Virus record (IMG/VR): IMGVR_UViG_2563366923_000008
Coordinates: 1-45,506 of that record
DNA length: 45,506 bases
Source: a virus
Taxonomy: Duplodnaviria; Heunggongvirae; Uroviricota; Caudoviricetes
Strand: one strand, 5' to 3'
Shown: piece by piece, positions 1 through 9,145 of the stretch
Layout: every line of letters starts with the position of its first letter
Position numbering within the stretch: position 1 is the stretch's first letter
Made by a program: the position numbers and the translations under genes
Notes under the pieces: generated by a model
What the model was told of the DNA's origin: nothing
Database searches by the model: none
The model's input: the letters and a program-made list of their open reading frames with translations, nothing else

Positions 1-1194
1 ATGATCACCGACACAAAGCTCAGGAAGGCGCTCGGCAAGAAAAGAGATGATATCGAGATTATTTCTGATTCGCACGGGCTCAACGCCAGAATCAGCCAGG
101 CCGGAAAAATATCATTTTTCTATCGGTATCGCTGGGCCGGTAAAGCGGTAAAACTCAATGTTGGTGATTATCCTGCAATGAGTATCACCCAGGCAAGAGA
201 GCGTCGCCAACAATTCAGAAACTGGTTAACTGAGGGACTGGATCCGCGAGAGCAGGTGAAGCTGGATAAGCAGACCCGACAGGAAGCGATGTCCGTTGCC
301 GAAGCGTTCAATTACTGGATTGAAAGGCACTGTATCGCTAACGGGCTAGTTAAAGTCGATTACTATCGCCAGGTGTTTGAGAAACATATCGCCGAACCGA
401 TGAAGAATGTCAAAGTCGATAACACAGCGAAAATGCACTGGATCAACGTCTTCGATTCTATAGAAAGCAGGGTGATGGCTCATTACATGCTTTCGCTGTG
501 CAAACGGGCGTTTAGGTTCTGCGTTAACAGAAGTGTGATCGCCTCAAACCCACTCGAGGGATTACTGCCATCTGATGTCGGGCAAAAGCCTAAAAAGAGA
601 ACTCGCAGGATGGACGATGACGATCTGCGCAAAATCTATCAGTGGTTGAAAAGCCATATGTCGATAGAGTCCGTTTTCCTGGTGAAATTTATTATGCTTA
701 CCGGATGCCGTACGGCTGAGATTCGACTTAGTGAGAGATCATGGTTTCGATTGGATGATAATGAGTGGGTCGTGCCTGCGGGCAGTTATAAAACTCGGGT
801 ACATATTAGAAGGGGACTCTCAGACGCCGCCGTTAACCTGGTCAGAAATCACCTCAAGAAAATAAACACCAATCACCTGGTGACTTCACAACGTAAAATT
901 GATGGCGGGATCAAAGATTCGCCCGTTCATTCACCTGTGGCATCCAATTACGCCCGTTCTATTTGGAATGGAACAGGTATGGCAGAGTGGTCGCTTCATG
1001 ATATGAGGCGGACGATAGCCACAAATCTCTCTGAGTTAGGTTGCCCGCCGCACGTAATTGAAAAGCTGCTCGGGCATCAGATGGTGGGGGTTATGGCGCA
1101 TTACAACCTTCATGACTATATCGATGATCAGAAACACTGGCTCCGCGTTTGGCAGAGCCATCTTGAAGAGATCATCGGAGAGCCCTTCAGTTAA
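1..1194 (+). CDS. int: Tyrosine integrase, P4-type (N-terminal arm-binding domain plus catalytic domain)
   Basis: 397 aa; N-terminus LTDTKLRKA...[24 protein letters not shown] typical of P4-family integrases; C-terminal LLGHQ...HY catalytic region; located at prophage end. Confidence 0.85.
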
Positions 1195-1388
1195 TTTATC
1201 TTCTTTTTATCCTCCCACTCTTTGATTGACTCAGAGCGCCAGCGGTTAGGGTTGCCGGGCCAGTCAGGGGGTGGGAACGGGCATACGAAGCCCCGAGGCA
1301 TTGTGTCTGCACTTTGCCATGACCAAAGGGTTTTGCGTGAAATTTTGTAGCGACTGGTCAGGTCTGACGTTACCAAAATATCATCCAT
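1191..1388 (-). CDS. AlpA/excisionase-like small DNA-binding protein
   Basis: Track ORF 1191..1433 begins at TTG; in-frame ATG at 1388 has a GGAGAG SD; product ...[12 protein letters not shown]...[11 protein letters not shown]...IKEWEDK fits AlpA/Xis pattern; overlaps int stop. Confidence 0.55.
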
Positions 1389-1429
1389 AGCTCTCTCCAG
1401 TTGCCCGTTCGGGCCATTCAAAATCTTTT

Positions 1430-1672
1430 TCAACCAACCTGCCCGGGCAGGGAGCGGAGACGGCGCATGCCGGTCATCGCTGTGGCCACGTAGCTCGCCT
1501 TTCGGTTCACCACCTCCACCCAGACTTTCACGCCTTCAACCTTCACCGTATAAGTCTCTTTCATCTTGCTTCGCCCATAGTCGCCATATGTTTGCAAGTG
1601 AGCTGCCAGCGCGATGTCGCATGCTTGGCGAGCTAAAGGTGATTGCTTACTTCCTCGATTGATCAGTCGCAT
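1430..1672 (-). CDS. Hypothetical small protein (early-left operon)
   Basis: 80 aa, ATG with AGGAG SD, start overlaps upstream gene stop pattern; no recognisable motif. Confidence 0.5.
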   Translation of the reverse strand: MRLINRGSKQSPLARQACDIALAAHLQTYGDYGRSKMKETYTVKVEGVKVWVEVVNRKASYVATAMTGMRRLRSLPGQVG

Positions 1673-1710
1673 ATAATCTCCTTGAGGGAGGGTTACCCCT
1701 CCCGGTCTCG

Positions 1711-2829
1711 TCAGGCCACGTATTCCGGTTTCATATCCGCCAGGGTGATGCTGAATTGATCGTGCAGTTCATCGCCTAAGTGACGCTTTGAAGATGCAAG
1801 CATGCGCTCGGCTTCAGCGAACCGTTCGGCTGCATGCGGCTCGTCGGGCTGGGGCAGGGATTTAATAGCCTCCTCAACCTTGTTGCGTGCATCCACTAGG
1901 TAATAACGCTTTACGGCTTTGTTTTTCAGCTCGGTGAATAGTGCGGATCCCAGCGTAGCTTTCGCCGTTTCAATGTCGGCACGCAGCGATTTGGCGCTAT
2001 CCACGTCCTGAGCAGATTCGATGCGTTCGCGGAAATCATCGGCAAGAGAGTCGACATTTACCGACGATTCCTGTGCGCTTTGCGTGGTTGTGACGGTGTC
2101 ACCTGAGATATCAGCCAGGCTAACGCGTTGCGGCGTTGGGTTGATCTCTTTTTCTGTGCGCTGTTCAATCTCATCAGGGGTGTACACACCAAGAACAACT
2201 GCAGGGCAATATAGGCGCGCCCAGTATTTGAGTGCCAGATAAGCGATCTGCTGTTTCGGGTTTGATACCCAAAGTGGAGAATTACGTGTGATTACGCTGG
2301 AGAGGAAAACAGGCTCTCCCCAGGTGATATCACTTTCACCGCGAATAACGGCACCTACCCGTACCGACAGTCCTTGTTCATCAGCACTTTCCCAACCGCG
2401 TACCATTTCTTTCTTGTCGTACGTCCCGCCACCTTTCGCAGGCTTTTTAACGGTTATCTCGCGGCTGCTGGCACATTTCGACCAGTCGCCCTCGTACTCA
2501 TAGTGAAAGCGGCCAACGATGGCGTTTGAGCTGGAGATCACCGCATTAACCAGTTGCGCTTCGTATCCCAGGACACCGTTAACCAGGTGCGTCTTTTGCG
2601 CCACGGCGTAAGGGTTCATACCCCACTGCATCGCCTGCATGATGATGGCCATGCAGTCTGCCGGATTGCCGCGGAGGTGCTCAGGCACCGTTACGGCTGC
2701 CTGTGCCATCAACCCGGCGACAGACTGAAGCTGGGTTAAAGCCTGCACGTTGAAAATGGCATTGCTGGCTGAGATCGTGTTTGGAGTCTGCTGTTCAGCG
2801 GTTACGATATTCGTGTTTTCCATCATCAT
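1711..2829 (-). CDS. Single-strand annealing protein, RecT/Red-beta family
   Basis: 372 aa; segment AIIMQAMQWGMNPYAVAQKTHLVNGVLGYEAQ resembles the lambda Bet/RecT core; immediately downstream of the RecE-like exonuclease on the same strand. Confidence 0.65.
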   Translation of the reverse strand: MMMENTNIVTAEQQTPNTISASNAIFNVQALTQLQSVAGLMAQAAVTVPEHLRGNPADCMAIIMQAMQWGMNPYAVAQKTHLVNGVLGYEAQLVNAVISSSNAIVGRFHYEYEGDWSKCASSREITVKKPAKGGGTYDKKEMVRGWESADEQGLSVRVGAVIRGESDITWGEPVFLSSVITRNSPLWVSNPKQQIAYLALKYWARLYCPAVVLGVYTPDEIEQRTEKEINPTPQRVSLADISGDTVTTTQSAQESSVNVDSLADDFRERIESAQDVDSAKSLRADIETAKATLGSALFTELKNKAVKRYYLVDARNKVEEAIKSLPQPDEPHAAERFAEAERMLASSKRHLGDELHDQFSITLADMKPEYVA

Positions 2830-2834
2830 TCCCC

Positions 2835-5800
2835 TTATGCCTGAGTACGCAGCGCTTCAAGGCGGCGCAGGTCGAAGTCGTTCAGTTCGTCGGTGTAGTC
2901 AGCAGTGATTGGCGCTGGCCATTCACCTGTGTCGAATCCGGTTGCGATATTGCGCATCGCTTTGCGGTACTCGAGCATACCCAGCTCCAGTAGTTCAGCG
3001 GATGCCTCGATGATGGCGATCCAGTGGTAGTTCTCGTCTTTGTTGACGAAAATCCAGAAGAACTGATCCAGCGCTGCGGTTTCGCAGTACATAGCCGCGC
3101 TCAGGTGATAATCACGTTCAATAATTTCCCGGTGTAGCCTGGCGCGCAGGCTTTCCTGCTTAACATTCCACATGCTGATGGTTTTCAGGTCTGCACCTAT
3201 ACGCACGCCATCCAGGTCGATCTCAAGGTCAGGGCGCACACGAACTTCCAAGCCCGTCTCCTCGTCAAAACCAAAGTAGCTCACCTCAACGGCTCGGCTA
3301 GGGTGGGTCAGCAGCATGCCGGCGGTCGGGTGTGCCAGAAGCGCTTTTTGAATATTCAGCGCGGTGCTCAGCTGCTGGCGGGTGACCAGCACTTTTCCTT
3401 CCGGGTTATCGCGCCAGGCATCCAGCAGTTCGTCGGCAAATACGGCATCTGGTTTGACTGCCTTCACGGCCTGGATCATGTCTGCTTTGGTACCGGACAC
3501 TTTCAGTGGTGCCGGTTTCTGTGCTTCCTGAGCCACAAGGTCAGGGTTGATGATTGCCAACTGCTCCAGCAGCGCGTCACGGCTGCCGCTGGTTTTAACC
3601 GGCGGCGGCAGGGTGGCGTTGTACTCTTTAATGCATGCCTTCATTGCCGTCGCCGTCTGCTTCTGGTCACCATCAATACGCTGGAAGTCAGCTGGCAGCG
3701 CCATATAGTTCTGTGCCGTTTCTTCCAGGTTAGCGCCAAGCGGAACCTGCGGCGGCAGGGTGGCGTTGTACTCTTCCAGTAACACCTTGATGTCGTCGGC
3801 AGACAGCAGCGCCGGCAGGCTGGCATTGTGCTCATCGATAAAGGCGCGCAGGGTCGCGGCCGTTGTGAATGCGCCTTCAGGGATCACCGGTTCAACGCTG
3901 AATTCTGCGTCCAGTAGTTCAGGCTGCAACGCCAGCGCATGCACCAAGTTGCCCATGTCCAGCACCGCTGAGCGCTCTTTGACGATGGTTTTCTCTACGT
4001 GGCGCGCATTGAAGTACATCAGCGAAACGCGCGCATCTTTCACCTGGGTTGAGCTGATGCCGTTGGCGGCGTGGTAAACCTCGTTTGGCAGCCCTTCATA
4101 GCGGCCTGGCTCGAAATAAGCGGGATAAACAACAGCTGGTTCGTCAGATTGCGCTTCTGGCTCGGTTTGTGCTGCAACTGGTTCGGTTTGGCTTACAGAA
4201 TCGCTATTTTTGGCGACAGAATCCGTATTCTGGTCTACATCGTCCTTCTGGCTGGTATCTGACTCTTCACCAGACTCCAGACTGCTTTCGCCTGGCTGTA
4301 CTTCATCACCAGCTTGTTTTTCATCACTGACAGTTTCTTGAACCTGCACATTGCTGGTGGTCTCCGTAGCCTTTTTCGTGCCATGAGTTGCTGAGTTCTG
4401 CAGCAAAGCCGTAACGTCGAATATTCCGTTGCCGACATTTTTAACCAGTTCTTGTTCGACTTTCTGCGGTTGTGCTGCCGCTTCCTCTGCGCGGCGGCGT
4501 GCTCCTTCTTCACGCACGCGTTGCAGGTTCTCTTCGTGAGTGCAGAAGGATTTGCGCGGAGACTCCTTACCTTCAGGTTGGGGAATTTCCTGTGCTGCGG
4601 GTTCAGTCTCATGCAACGGCAATAACTCGACCGCGGAATTGAACGCGGCTGTCATGGTCTGGTTAACAAATTCCAGGTGAGCGACAGGAGTTAAATGAAT
4701 ATTTTCCGGTGCGATACGTACCAGGTTAAAAATAGCCGTGCGGTTAACACCCAGAACGCCTGGCTGATTGCGCAGGATGTTGCTCCATGATTTCCATGGT
4801 TCTTCTTTTTTGGTCACGATTTCTTTAGCGCGACGAAGAATGCTGCCCGGGATCTCGAAGTGGTTGAAGTCCATAGGCAGAAGGGCACACGCAATCTCTA
4901 AATCGAGAGTGTCCAGTGTGTGGTGTGCGTCAGGTCCACGGTCAGTGACGTAACCGCCGTCGGCATTAGTGCCGGAATCAGTACGCTGCACACTACTGAT
5001 GCGATTACCGGCGGCCCATTCGCGAACGAGGATACCGCGGTCGATGTGATCTGTAGCGAACCACAATTTCAAAAACTGGATTAAGGTTGCGAGTTCAGGG
5101 ATTTTTCCATCGACAGGGAAGACTTTCTTAACGGCATTCACGACTTTATGAATATCGTGCTCAATGGCTTTTTTGAATGCTTCCACATTCTCAGCTGCCA
5201 GCAGCAGGTTCTGGACGTACGCGTCATCGGTGTCCATCTCAAGGCGGACAATCTCATTTTTCTGCCCTGCGTCGATGTGATAGAGATATTCACCATCACC
5301 GATGAACTGAGCCAGTACGCGCTGGCGGAATGGCAGGGTGGCAACAACGATCAGGTTCGGTTGCTGTGTCTGCTGGGATTGCTCTTCGGTATCGACTTCA
5401 CCATCAACGACGCCACCTTCTGCCCGGCCGTTCTCGTCGGTCTGGATACCGTCCTCAACAGTGAGATCTTGACCCGTTGTAACGTCAGCAGCGTTGCTGG
5501 TTTCAGTTTTGAGCAACTGCAACTTACCACTGCGCCAGTCTTCTACCAGTTGATTGCGGTCACCGGCATCGGTGTTCACCCAGTCAGACATGAATGCAGC
5601 GATCAATCTTGGTTCGTGCTCTTCGTCTGGTGTGAAAATGTCCTTAACCGCCCGAATCATTTTCCACTCAGCATTCAGGCTGAGTTTGGCGGTCGCGGGC
5701 ACATCGTTCCTTGCCACAAGCAGGCTATGGAGATATGTATTGCCTTCATCTAGTGACATTTCGCTGGCAGCCAACTGCTGCTCTTTAGTGACGTGGGTTT

Positions 5801-6224
5801 GGTATTTATCGTTCATCAGATGGACGGCAAAGCGGACCGCTGGAGTACGGTTTTCAACCGGGACAATTTCGGACGCAGTCGCATCTTCAACGATTACGGT
5901 CGGAGTAGGTGTGTAGGGGGCGTCAACGGAACCAGTAGACACACCAGCGGCTTTTGGCAGCCAGGTGCGCCCATCGTCCTGAAGCTCGTAGCGATCACAC
6001 CAGGTAAAATCAACTTCACCTTCTTTCGGCAGGCCGTCGACAACTGGGAAATCAGTGCGAATCGGTTTGGCGTAGTCCTTACCCCGACCTGTTTCGATAC
6101 CTGCATCTTCCAGCGCAACATCCAGCATCAGATTGGCGCGAGCCTCGGTTTTAGCAGTGAACCAGACCACTGCATCTTGCTTTCCGGATTTCTGAGTGGC
6201 TTTAACCACATTAAAGAATTCCAT
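2835..6224 (-). CDS. recE: Exodeoxyribonuclease VIII (RecE-like 5'-3' exonuclease)
   Basis: 1129 aa; N-terminal DFPVVDGLPKEGEVDFTWCDRYEL matches the RecE N-terminus from memory; long acidic linker; C-terminal nuclease domain; paired with the RecT-like gene. Confidence 0.7.
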   Translation of the reverse strand: MEFFNVVKATQKSGKQDAVVWFTAKTEARANLMLDVALEDAGIETGRGKDYAKPIRTDFPVVDGLPKEGEVDFTWCDRYELQDDGRTWLPKAAGVSTGSVDAPYTPTPTVIVEDATASEIVPVENRTPAVRFAVHLMNDKYQTHVTKEQQLAASEMSLDEGNTYLHSLLVARNDVPATAKLSLNAEWKMIRAVKDIFTPDEEHEPRLIAAFMSDWVNTDAGDRNQLVEDWRSGKLQLLKTETSNAADVTTGQDLTVEDGIQTDENGRAEGGVVDGEVDTEEQSQQTQQPNLIVVATLPFRQRVLAQFIGDGEYLYHIDAGQKNEIVRLEMDTDDAYVQNLLLAAENVEAFKKAIEHDIHKVVNAVKKVFPVDGKIPELATLIQFLKLWFATDHIDRGILVREWAAGNRISSVQRTDSGTNADGGYVTDRGPDAHHTLDTLDLEIACALLPMDFNHFEIPGSILRRAKEIVTKKEEPWKSWSNILRNQPGVLGVNRTAIFNLVRIAPENIHLTPVAHLEFVNQTMTAAFNSAVELLPLHETEPAAQEIPQPEGKESPRKSFCTHEENLQRVREEGARRRAEEAAAQPQKVEQELVKNVGNGIFDVTALLQNSATHGTKKATETTSNVQVQETVSDEKQAGDEVQPGESSLESGEESDTSQKDDVDQNTDSVAKNSDSVSQTEPVAAQTEPEAQSDEPAVVYPAYFEPGRYEGLPNEVYHAANGISSTQVKDARVSLMYFNARHVEKTIVKERSAVLDMGNLVHALALQPELLDAEFSVEPVIPEGAFTTAATLRAFIDEHNASLPALLSADDIKVLLEEYNATLPPQVPLGANLEETAQNYMALPADFQRIDGDQKQTATAMKACIKEYNATLPPPVKTSGSRDALLEQLAIINPDLVAQEAQKPAPLKVSGTKADMIQAVKAVKPDAVFADELLDAWRDNPEGKVLVTRQQLSTALNIQKALLAHPTAGMLLTHPSRAVEVSYFGFDEETGLEVRVRPDLEIDLDGVRIGADLKTISMWNVKQESLRARLHREIIERDYHLSAAMYCETAALDQFFWIFVNKDENYHWIAIIEASAELLELGMLEYRKAMRNIATGFDTGEWPAPITADYTDELNDFDLRRLEALRTQA

Positions 6225-6363
6225 GTGAGATCCTCATTTTTGGGTGTTAGAATCCCCGGACCATTGATAGCGCCCATTGGGTTAACTTTGGTTTTAATGT
6301 TGTTTCCGGTGTAACTTTGGTCGGTACCACCGGACGTAGATCCCGCCTTGCGCGGGTTTTACG

Positions 6364-6525
6364 TTAGCCTTCGTGAGCCATCTGGTCGTGCGAAGCGCAA
6401 CGTTTGGAGCAATACTCTTTTTCTTTGCGCGCCAGCTGTGAGCCGTTGCGATAGAGAAGGGTGCTCTTGATTACTTCCTCCGTTTTAACCGGCTTGCCGC
6501 AATATCCGCATTTCTTGTCTAACAT
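6364..6525 (-). CDS. Small zinc-finger-like protein (53 aa, CxxC...CxxxC)
   Basis: ATG preceded by GGAGG SD at 5-nt spacing; MLDKKCGYCGKPVKTEEVIKSTLLYRNGSQLARKEKEYCSKRCASHDQMAHEG; below the 60-aa ORF-track cutoff, found by manual translation. Confidence 0.45.
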   Translation of the reverse strand: MLDKKCGYCGKPVKTEEVIKSTLLYRNGSQLARKEKEYCSKRCASHDQMAHEG

Positions 6526-6735
6526 GACATCCTCCGCTAGTGGCTGAGTCCATGCCCCAACCCGTTCAGATAAACTTCAACCAGCAAGTCGGTTGTGTAA
6601 GTCCGCTCAATCCCACGATGCAGATACAGGCGGCCGCGTTTATTTGCTGATGCTGTCCAGGTGCTTTCCCGATGCTTAACGAGCATCCCTGGGAGAACGG
6701 CGCCGCGGTTAACAGTCTGTGTCCCGTAATGATGA

Positions 6736-6846
6736 CTAACCATTGAACACCCCCGTGAAATGCATAATTTCGACAGCCAGGCCAGCCCAGAAAACCACAC
6801 CAATGGCCAGCGCGATAACCAGTGAGCGAATGCCGTTTCTGCTCAT
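6736..6846 (-). CDS. Putative small single-pass membrane peptide (36 aa)
   Basis: In-frame ATG inside track ORF 6736..6924; product MSRNGIRSLVIALAIGVVFWAGLAVEIMHFTGVFNG is one hydrophobic helix; first coding candidate downstream of PL; weak RBS. Confidence 0.25.
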   Translation of the reverse strand: MSRNGIRSLVIALAIGVVFWAGLAVEIMHFTGVFNG

Positions 6847-7031
6847 ACCGCACCCCAGCACTGAACGCTTACGAATGCGACCAAAGCCAACAACAGAGCC
6901 ACCTTCACCTTGAATCTGTTCCACGCAGGAACCTCATGTTCTCGGATCATCTCTTCACCTTTGCCTTATCGCGGCTAACGGGACGTTTTGACTTCACCCC
7001 GGCGTTGCCGGTGTTGTTTGGATGAGATGAT

Positions 7032-7101
7032 AATACTCCTGGTATTATTTTATATCAATACCGCCAGTATTATTATGTTTAATAAAAATACTAAAGGTAT
7101 G
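7032..7101. promoter_or_regulatory. OL operator cluster (three sites, consensus AATAC-N5-GTATT) with the leftward PL promoter
   Basis: AATACtcctgGTATT (7032-7046), AATACcgccaGTATT (7057-7071), AATACtaaagGTATg (7087-7101); same palindrome as the OR sites next to cI. Confidence 0.6.
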
Positions 7102-7171
7102 ATTTTAAAGTTAATTTATTTTTGTAAAAAGTGCTGTTATGCTCAAAAAAACATCATAAAGGGGTGTTGGC

Positions 7172-7375
7172 ATGTCAAATGAGGATGAGTTTTTCGCAGA
7201 AATGCACCCGCAGATAGCGCAGGTCATCGGGATAGCGGTTATGCAACTGCTGGTTGAGAAGCGCGAGCCCTCAAGAGAGGCGCTGATAGAGATGATTCAG
7301 GTGTTGTGGCAGGAAGACCAGGTCGATCTGGCTGTGGAGTTGGCGCTGGACGTGCTGATGCTGAGGGAAGAGTAG
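7172..7375 (+). CDS. Small acidic helical protein (67 aa), function unknown
   Basis: ATG with AAAGGGG SD; AT-rich promoter-like region overlapping OL upstream; MSNEDEFFAEMHPQ...ELALDVLMLREE is strongly acidic; convergent with the cI-downstream cassette. Confidence 0.55.
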   Translation: MSNEDEFFAEMHPQIAQVIGIAVMQLLVEKREPSREALIEMIQVLWQEDQVDLAVELALDVLMLREE

Positions 7376-7379
7376 GGCA

Positions 7380-7403
7380 GTAAAAACCCGGCGCGGTGGC
7401 CGG
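7380..7403 (-). terminator. Rho-independent terminator ending the cI-downstream cassette
   Basis: Hairpin CCGGC-gcggtg-GCCGG (7388-7403 on plus) followed on the minus strand by GUUUUUA; lies between the convergent genes ending at 7375 and 7412. Confidence 0.4.
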
Positions 7404-7411
7404 ATCAAAAG

Positions 7412-8293
7412 TTATGCTGCAGTTTGCAATATTAACCTTGCTGCATGCTCGGCAGTGCTTACAGAAGTGATTGATACATCGTAGGTGTTAGCCAAGTCCT
7501 GTAAAGAAAGGTACGCACTATTTATTGATGCTATGTGCCTATCATTGTATGCAGGGCTATCATCTTCCGGTTTGTAGATAATCATTTGATGAGTTTCTCT
7601 TGGAAAAATATCGCCTTGCCTTTTTATCATTGATAAGTCAGATATTTTTGCTTTTCCATCCTTAACCTGCTCATTCAAGTTGTGGGGTAACAGTTTTCCG
7701 GTGTTGATAGCTGCATGATCGCTTAGATAGAAAATTTTAGCCGGTCTGTGTCCATCACTAAAGGTGAAGCTTCTATTGAAAAAAATATCCCTGCGTCCGT
7801 CAGCGCTGATAACCGCATCAAAGATTTGAATTGGCCACCTGTCTTTAGTTCTTGATTGCTTAGCTGGCAACCCATCGGAATCTTCTTCAGCCTCAAGGAG
7901 TGATGACAAACTCGATGACAATGATACCGCTTGGCGGAGTATGCCAACAGGGCTTGATGACGCAGCATTCCTTACGGCGCTTATAGTGACGCCTGTAACT
8001 GGAGGATGCCATGATACGAAATCCCCCTTAGCAGCCAGATGCAACTTCAAACTCGACAAAATCAGATCAACCACATTGATAAATGCTGGTGCTTTGAAGC
8101 CATACATAGCTTCTATAACTTCTTTTCTGATTGCCGGCTTAACTAAAATTTCACCAGATGATGTTATCGTGGCAACTGCTACCGTGAGCCGCTCTCCTGA
8201 GCCGATCATTGGTTCAAGATAAACAGATGCCCAGCGCCCTGATGTTGCAGGCATAGCAGGAGCTGACTTAAGAAGCTGATCAAGATTTAGCAT
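7412..8293 (-). CDS. Hypothetical 293-aa protein, second gene of the cI-downstream cassette
   Basis: ATG start overlaps the upstream gene stop by 14 nt (translational coupling); AT-rich; no motif recognised. Confidence 0.7.
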   Translation of the reverse strand: MLNLDQLLKSAPAMPATSGRWASVYLEPMIGSGERLTVAVATITSSGEILVKPAIRKEVIEAMYGFKAPAFINVVDLILSSLKLHLAAKGDFVSWHPPVTGVTISAVRNAASSSPVGILRQAVSLSSSLSSLLEAEEDSDGLPAKQSRTKDRWPIQIFDAVISADGRRDIFFNRSFTFSDGHRPAKIFYLSDHAAINTGKLLPHNLNEQVKDGKAKISDLSMIKRQGDIFPRETHQMIIYKPEDDSPAYNDRHIASINSAYLSLQDLANTYDVSITSVSTAEHAARLILQTAA

Positions 8294-9044
8294 CGTATAT
8301 CATCTGTGTTTGTTGGGGCTTGATTTGATCATAAAGAATGTCTCCTAGTAACTCAATTCTAGATGAAAGGAAAGACATTATTTGATTTTTCTCTTTACCT
8401 TGAACTGTTTCGGATATCTCTCCATCTAATAGCGTTAGGGTGTTACTCTTGCAAGACATGGTCCAAGCTCTCGCCTCATTTGCCATCATCTGAACGGCTA
8501 TATCATTACTTCTATCGAGTATGTAAGTTGCTACCTGCAGCAATTGATTGGAGTAATAATCTATCCCGAAAAGGTCAGGGGCAAGACCTTGGGGAATTGC
8601 CGATTCATGGTCTATCAGGAAGAAACCATCACCATTGAAAAGCAAATTTCCGTTGTGACGGTCATCCATCGCAATCCACTCATCAAAATAGCTAGCTTTT
8701 TTCAATAACGGCCATGATGCCAAAGCATCAGAAACGGCCTGATCTGAAGAGTTAGAAACATACTTCATGAAACTCGGATAGGTAGCATCAACACTACCAA
8801 AAAATGCTTTGTTTGAGCTGTCAAACAGTAGTACTGGCTCGGGTATAGGCAGGGATAGAGCTCTTCCCAAGGCTGCGCAGGTTATTTCTATAGAAATGCT
8901 CCTAGAAGATATTTCTTTTGCAAAAACAACAATCTCTTCTGGTTCGCTATTTTCTTTTATCAAAAGAGCAACGCCCTTTATCGGGTGATGTTGCCCTTCG
9001 TCAATTGCAATGCCGCCAGGTAGTAACCTTCCTATTCTGATCAC
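8280..9044 (-). CDS. HipA-like (PI3/4-kinase-fold) putative Ser/Thr kinase core, 254 aa
   Basis: GTG start with AGAGG SD 7 nt upstream; motif WIAMDDRHNGNLLF followed 8 aa later by FFLIDHESA resembles the HipA catalytic loop (D-x-H-x-x-N) plus downstream Asp; about 100 nt downstream of cI on the same strand. Confidence 0.6.
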   Translation of the reverse strand: MIRIGRLLPGGIAIDEGQHHPIKGVALLIKENSEPEEIVVFAKEISSRSISIEITCAALGRALSLPIPEPVLLFDSSNKAFFGSVDATYPSFMKYVSNSSDQAVSDALASWPLLKKASYFDEWIAMDDRHNGNLLFNGDGFFLIDHESAIPQGLAPDLFGIDYYSNQLLQVATYILDRSNDIAVQMMANEARAWTMSCKSNTLTLLDGEISETVQGKEKNQIMSFLSSRIELLGDILYDQIKPQQTQMIYDAKS

Positions 9045-9145
9045 ATTTAAGCCTCTAAGTTATTGCTATCTTCTCATCACCCAAACACCTTGTCAGTCCA
9101 CTACCGACTACCCATGCTTCCTGTACGTCCGCGGCATGCTGCTGA

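Noticed and set aside
3303-6314. Multiple plus-strand ORFs (about 60-200 aa) inside the RecE-like gene
   Set aside because: They overlap a long, well-supported minus-strand CDS; their translations are Cys/Arg/Gly-rich with no motifs, typical of antisense frames in GC-rich coding DNA.
6537-6853. Overlapping minus-strand ORFs of 88 and 95 aa downstream of PL
   Set aside because: They are mutually exclusive frames, begin with non-ATG starts, and have Trp/Cys-rich translations; I could not pick a credible N-like product, so only the internal 36-aa peptide is reported, at low confidence.
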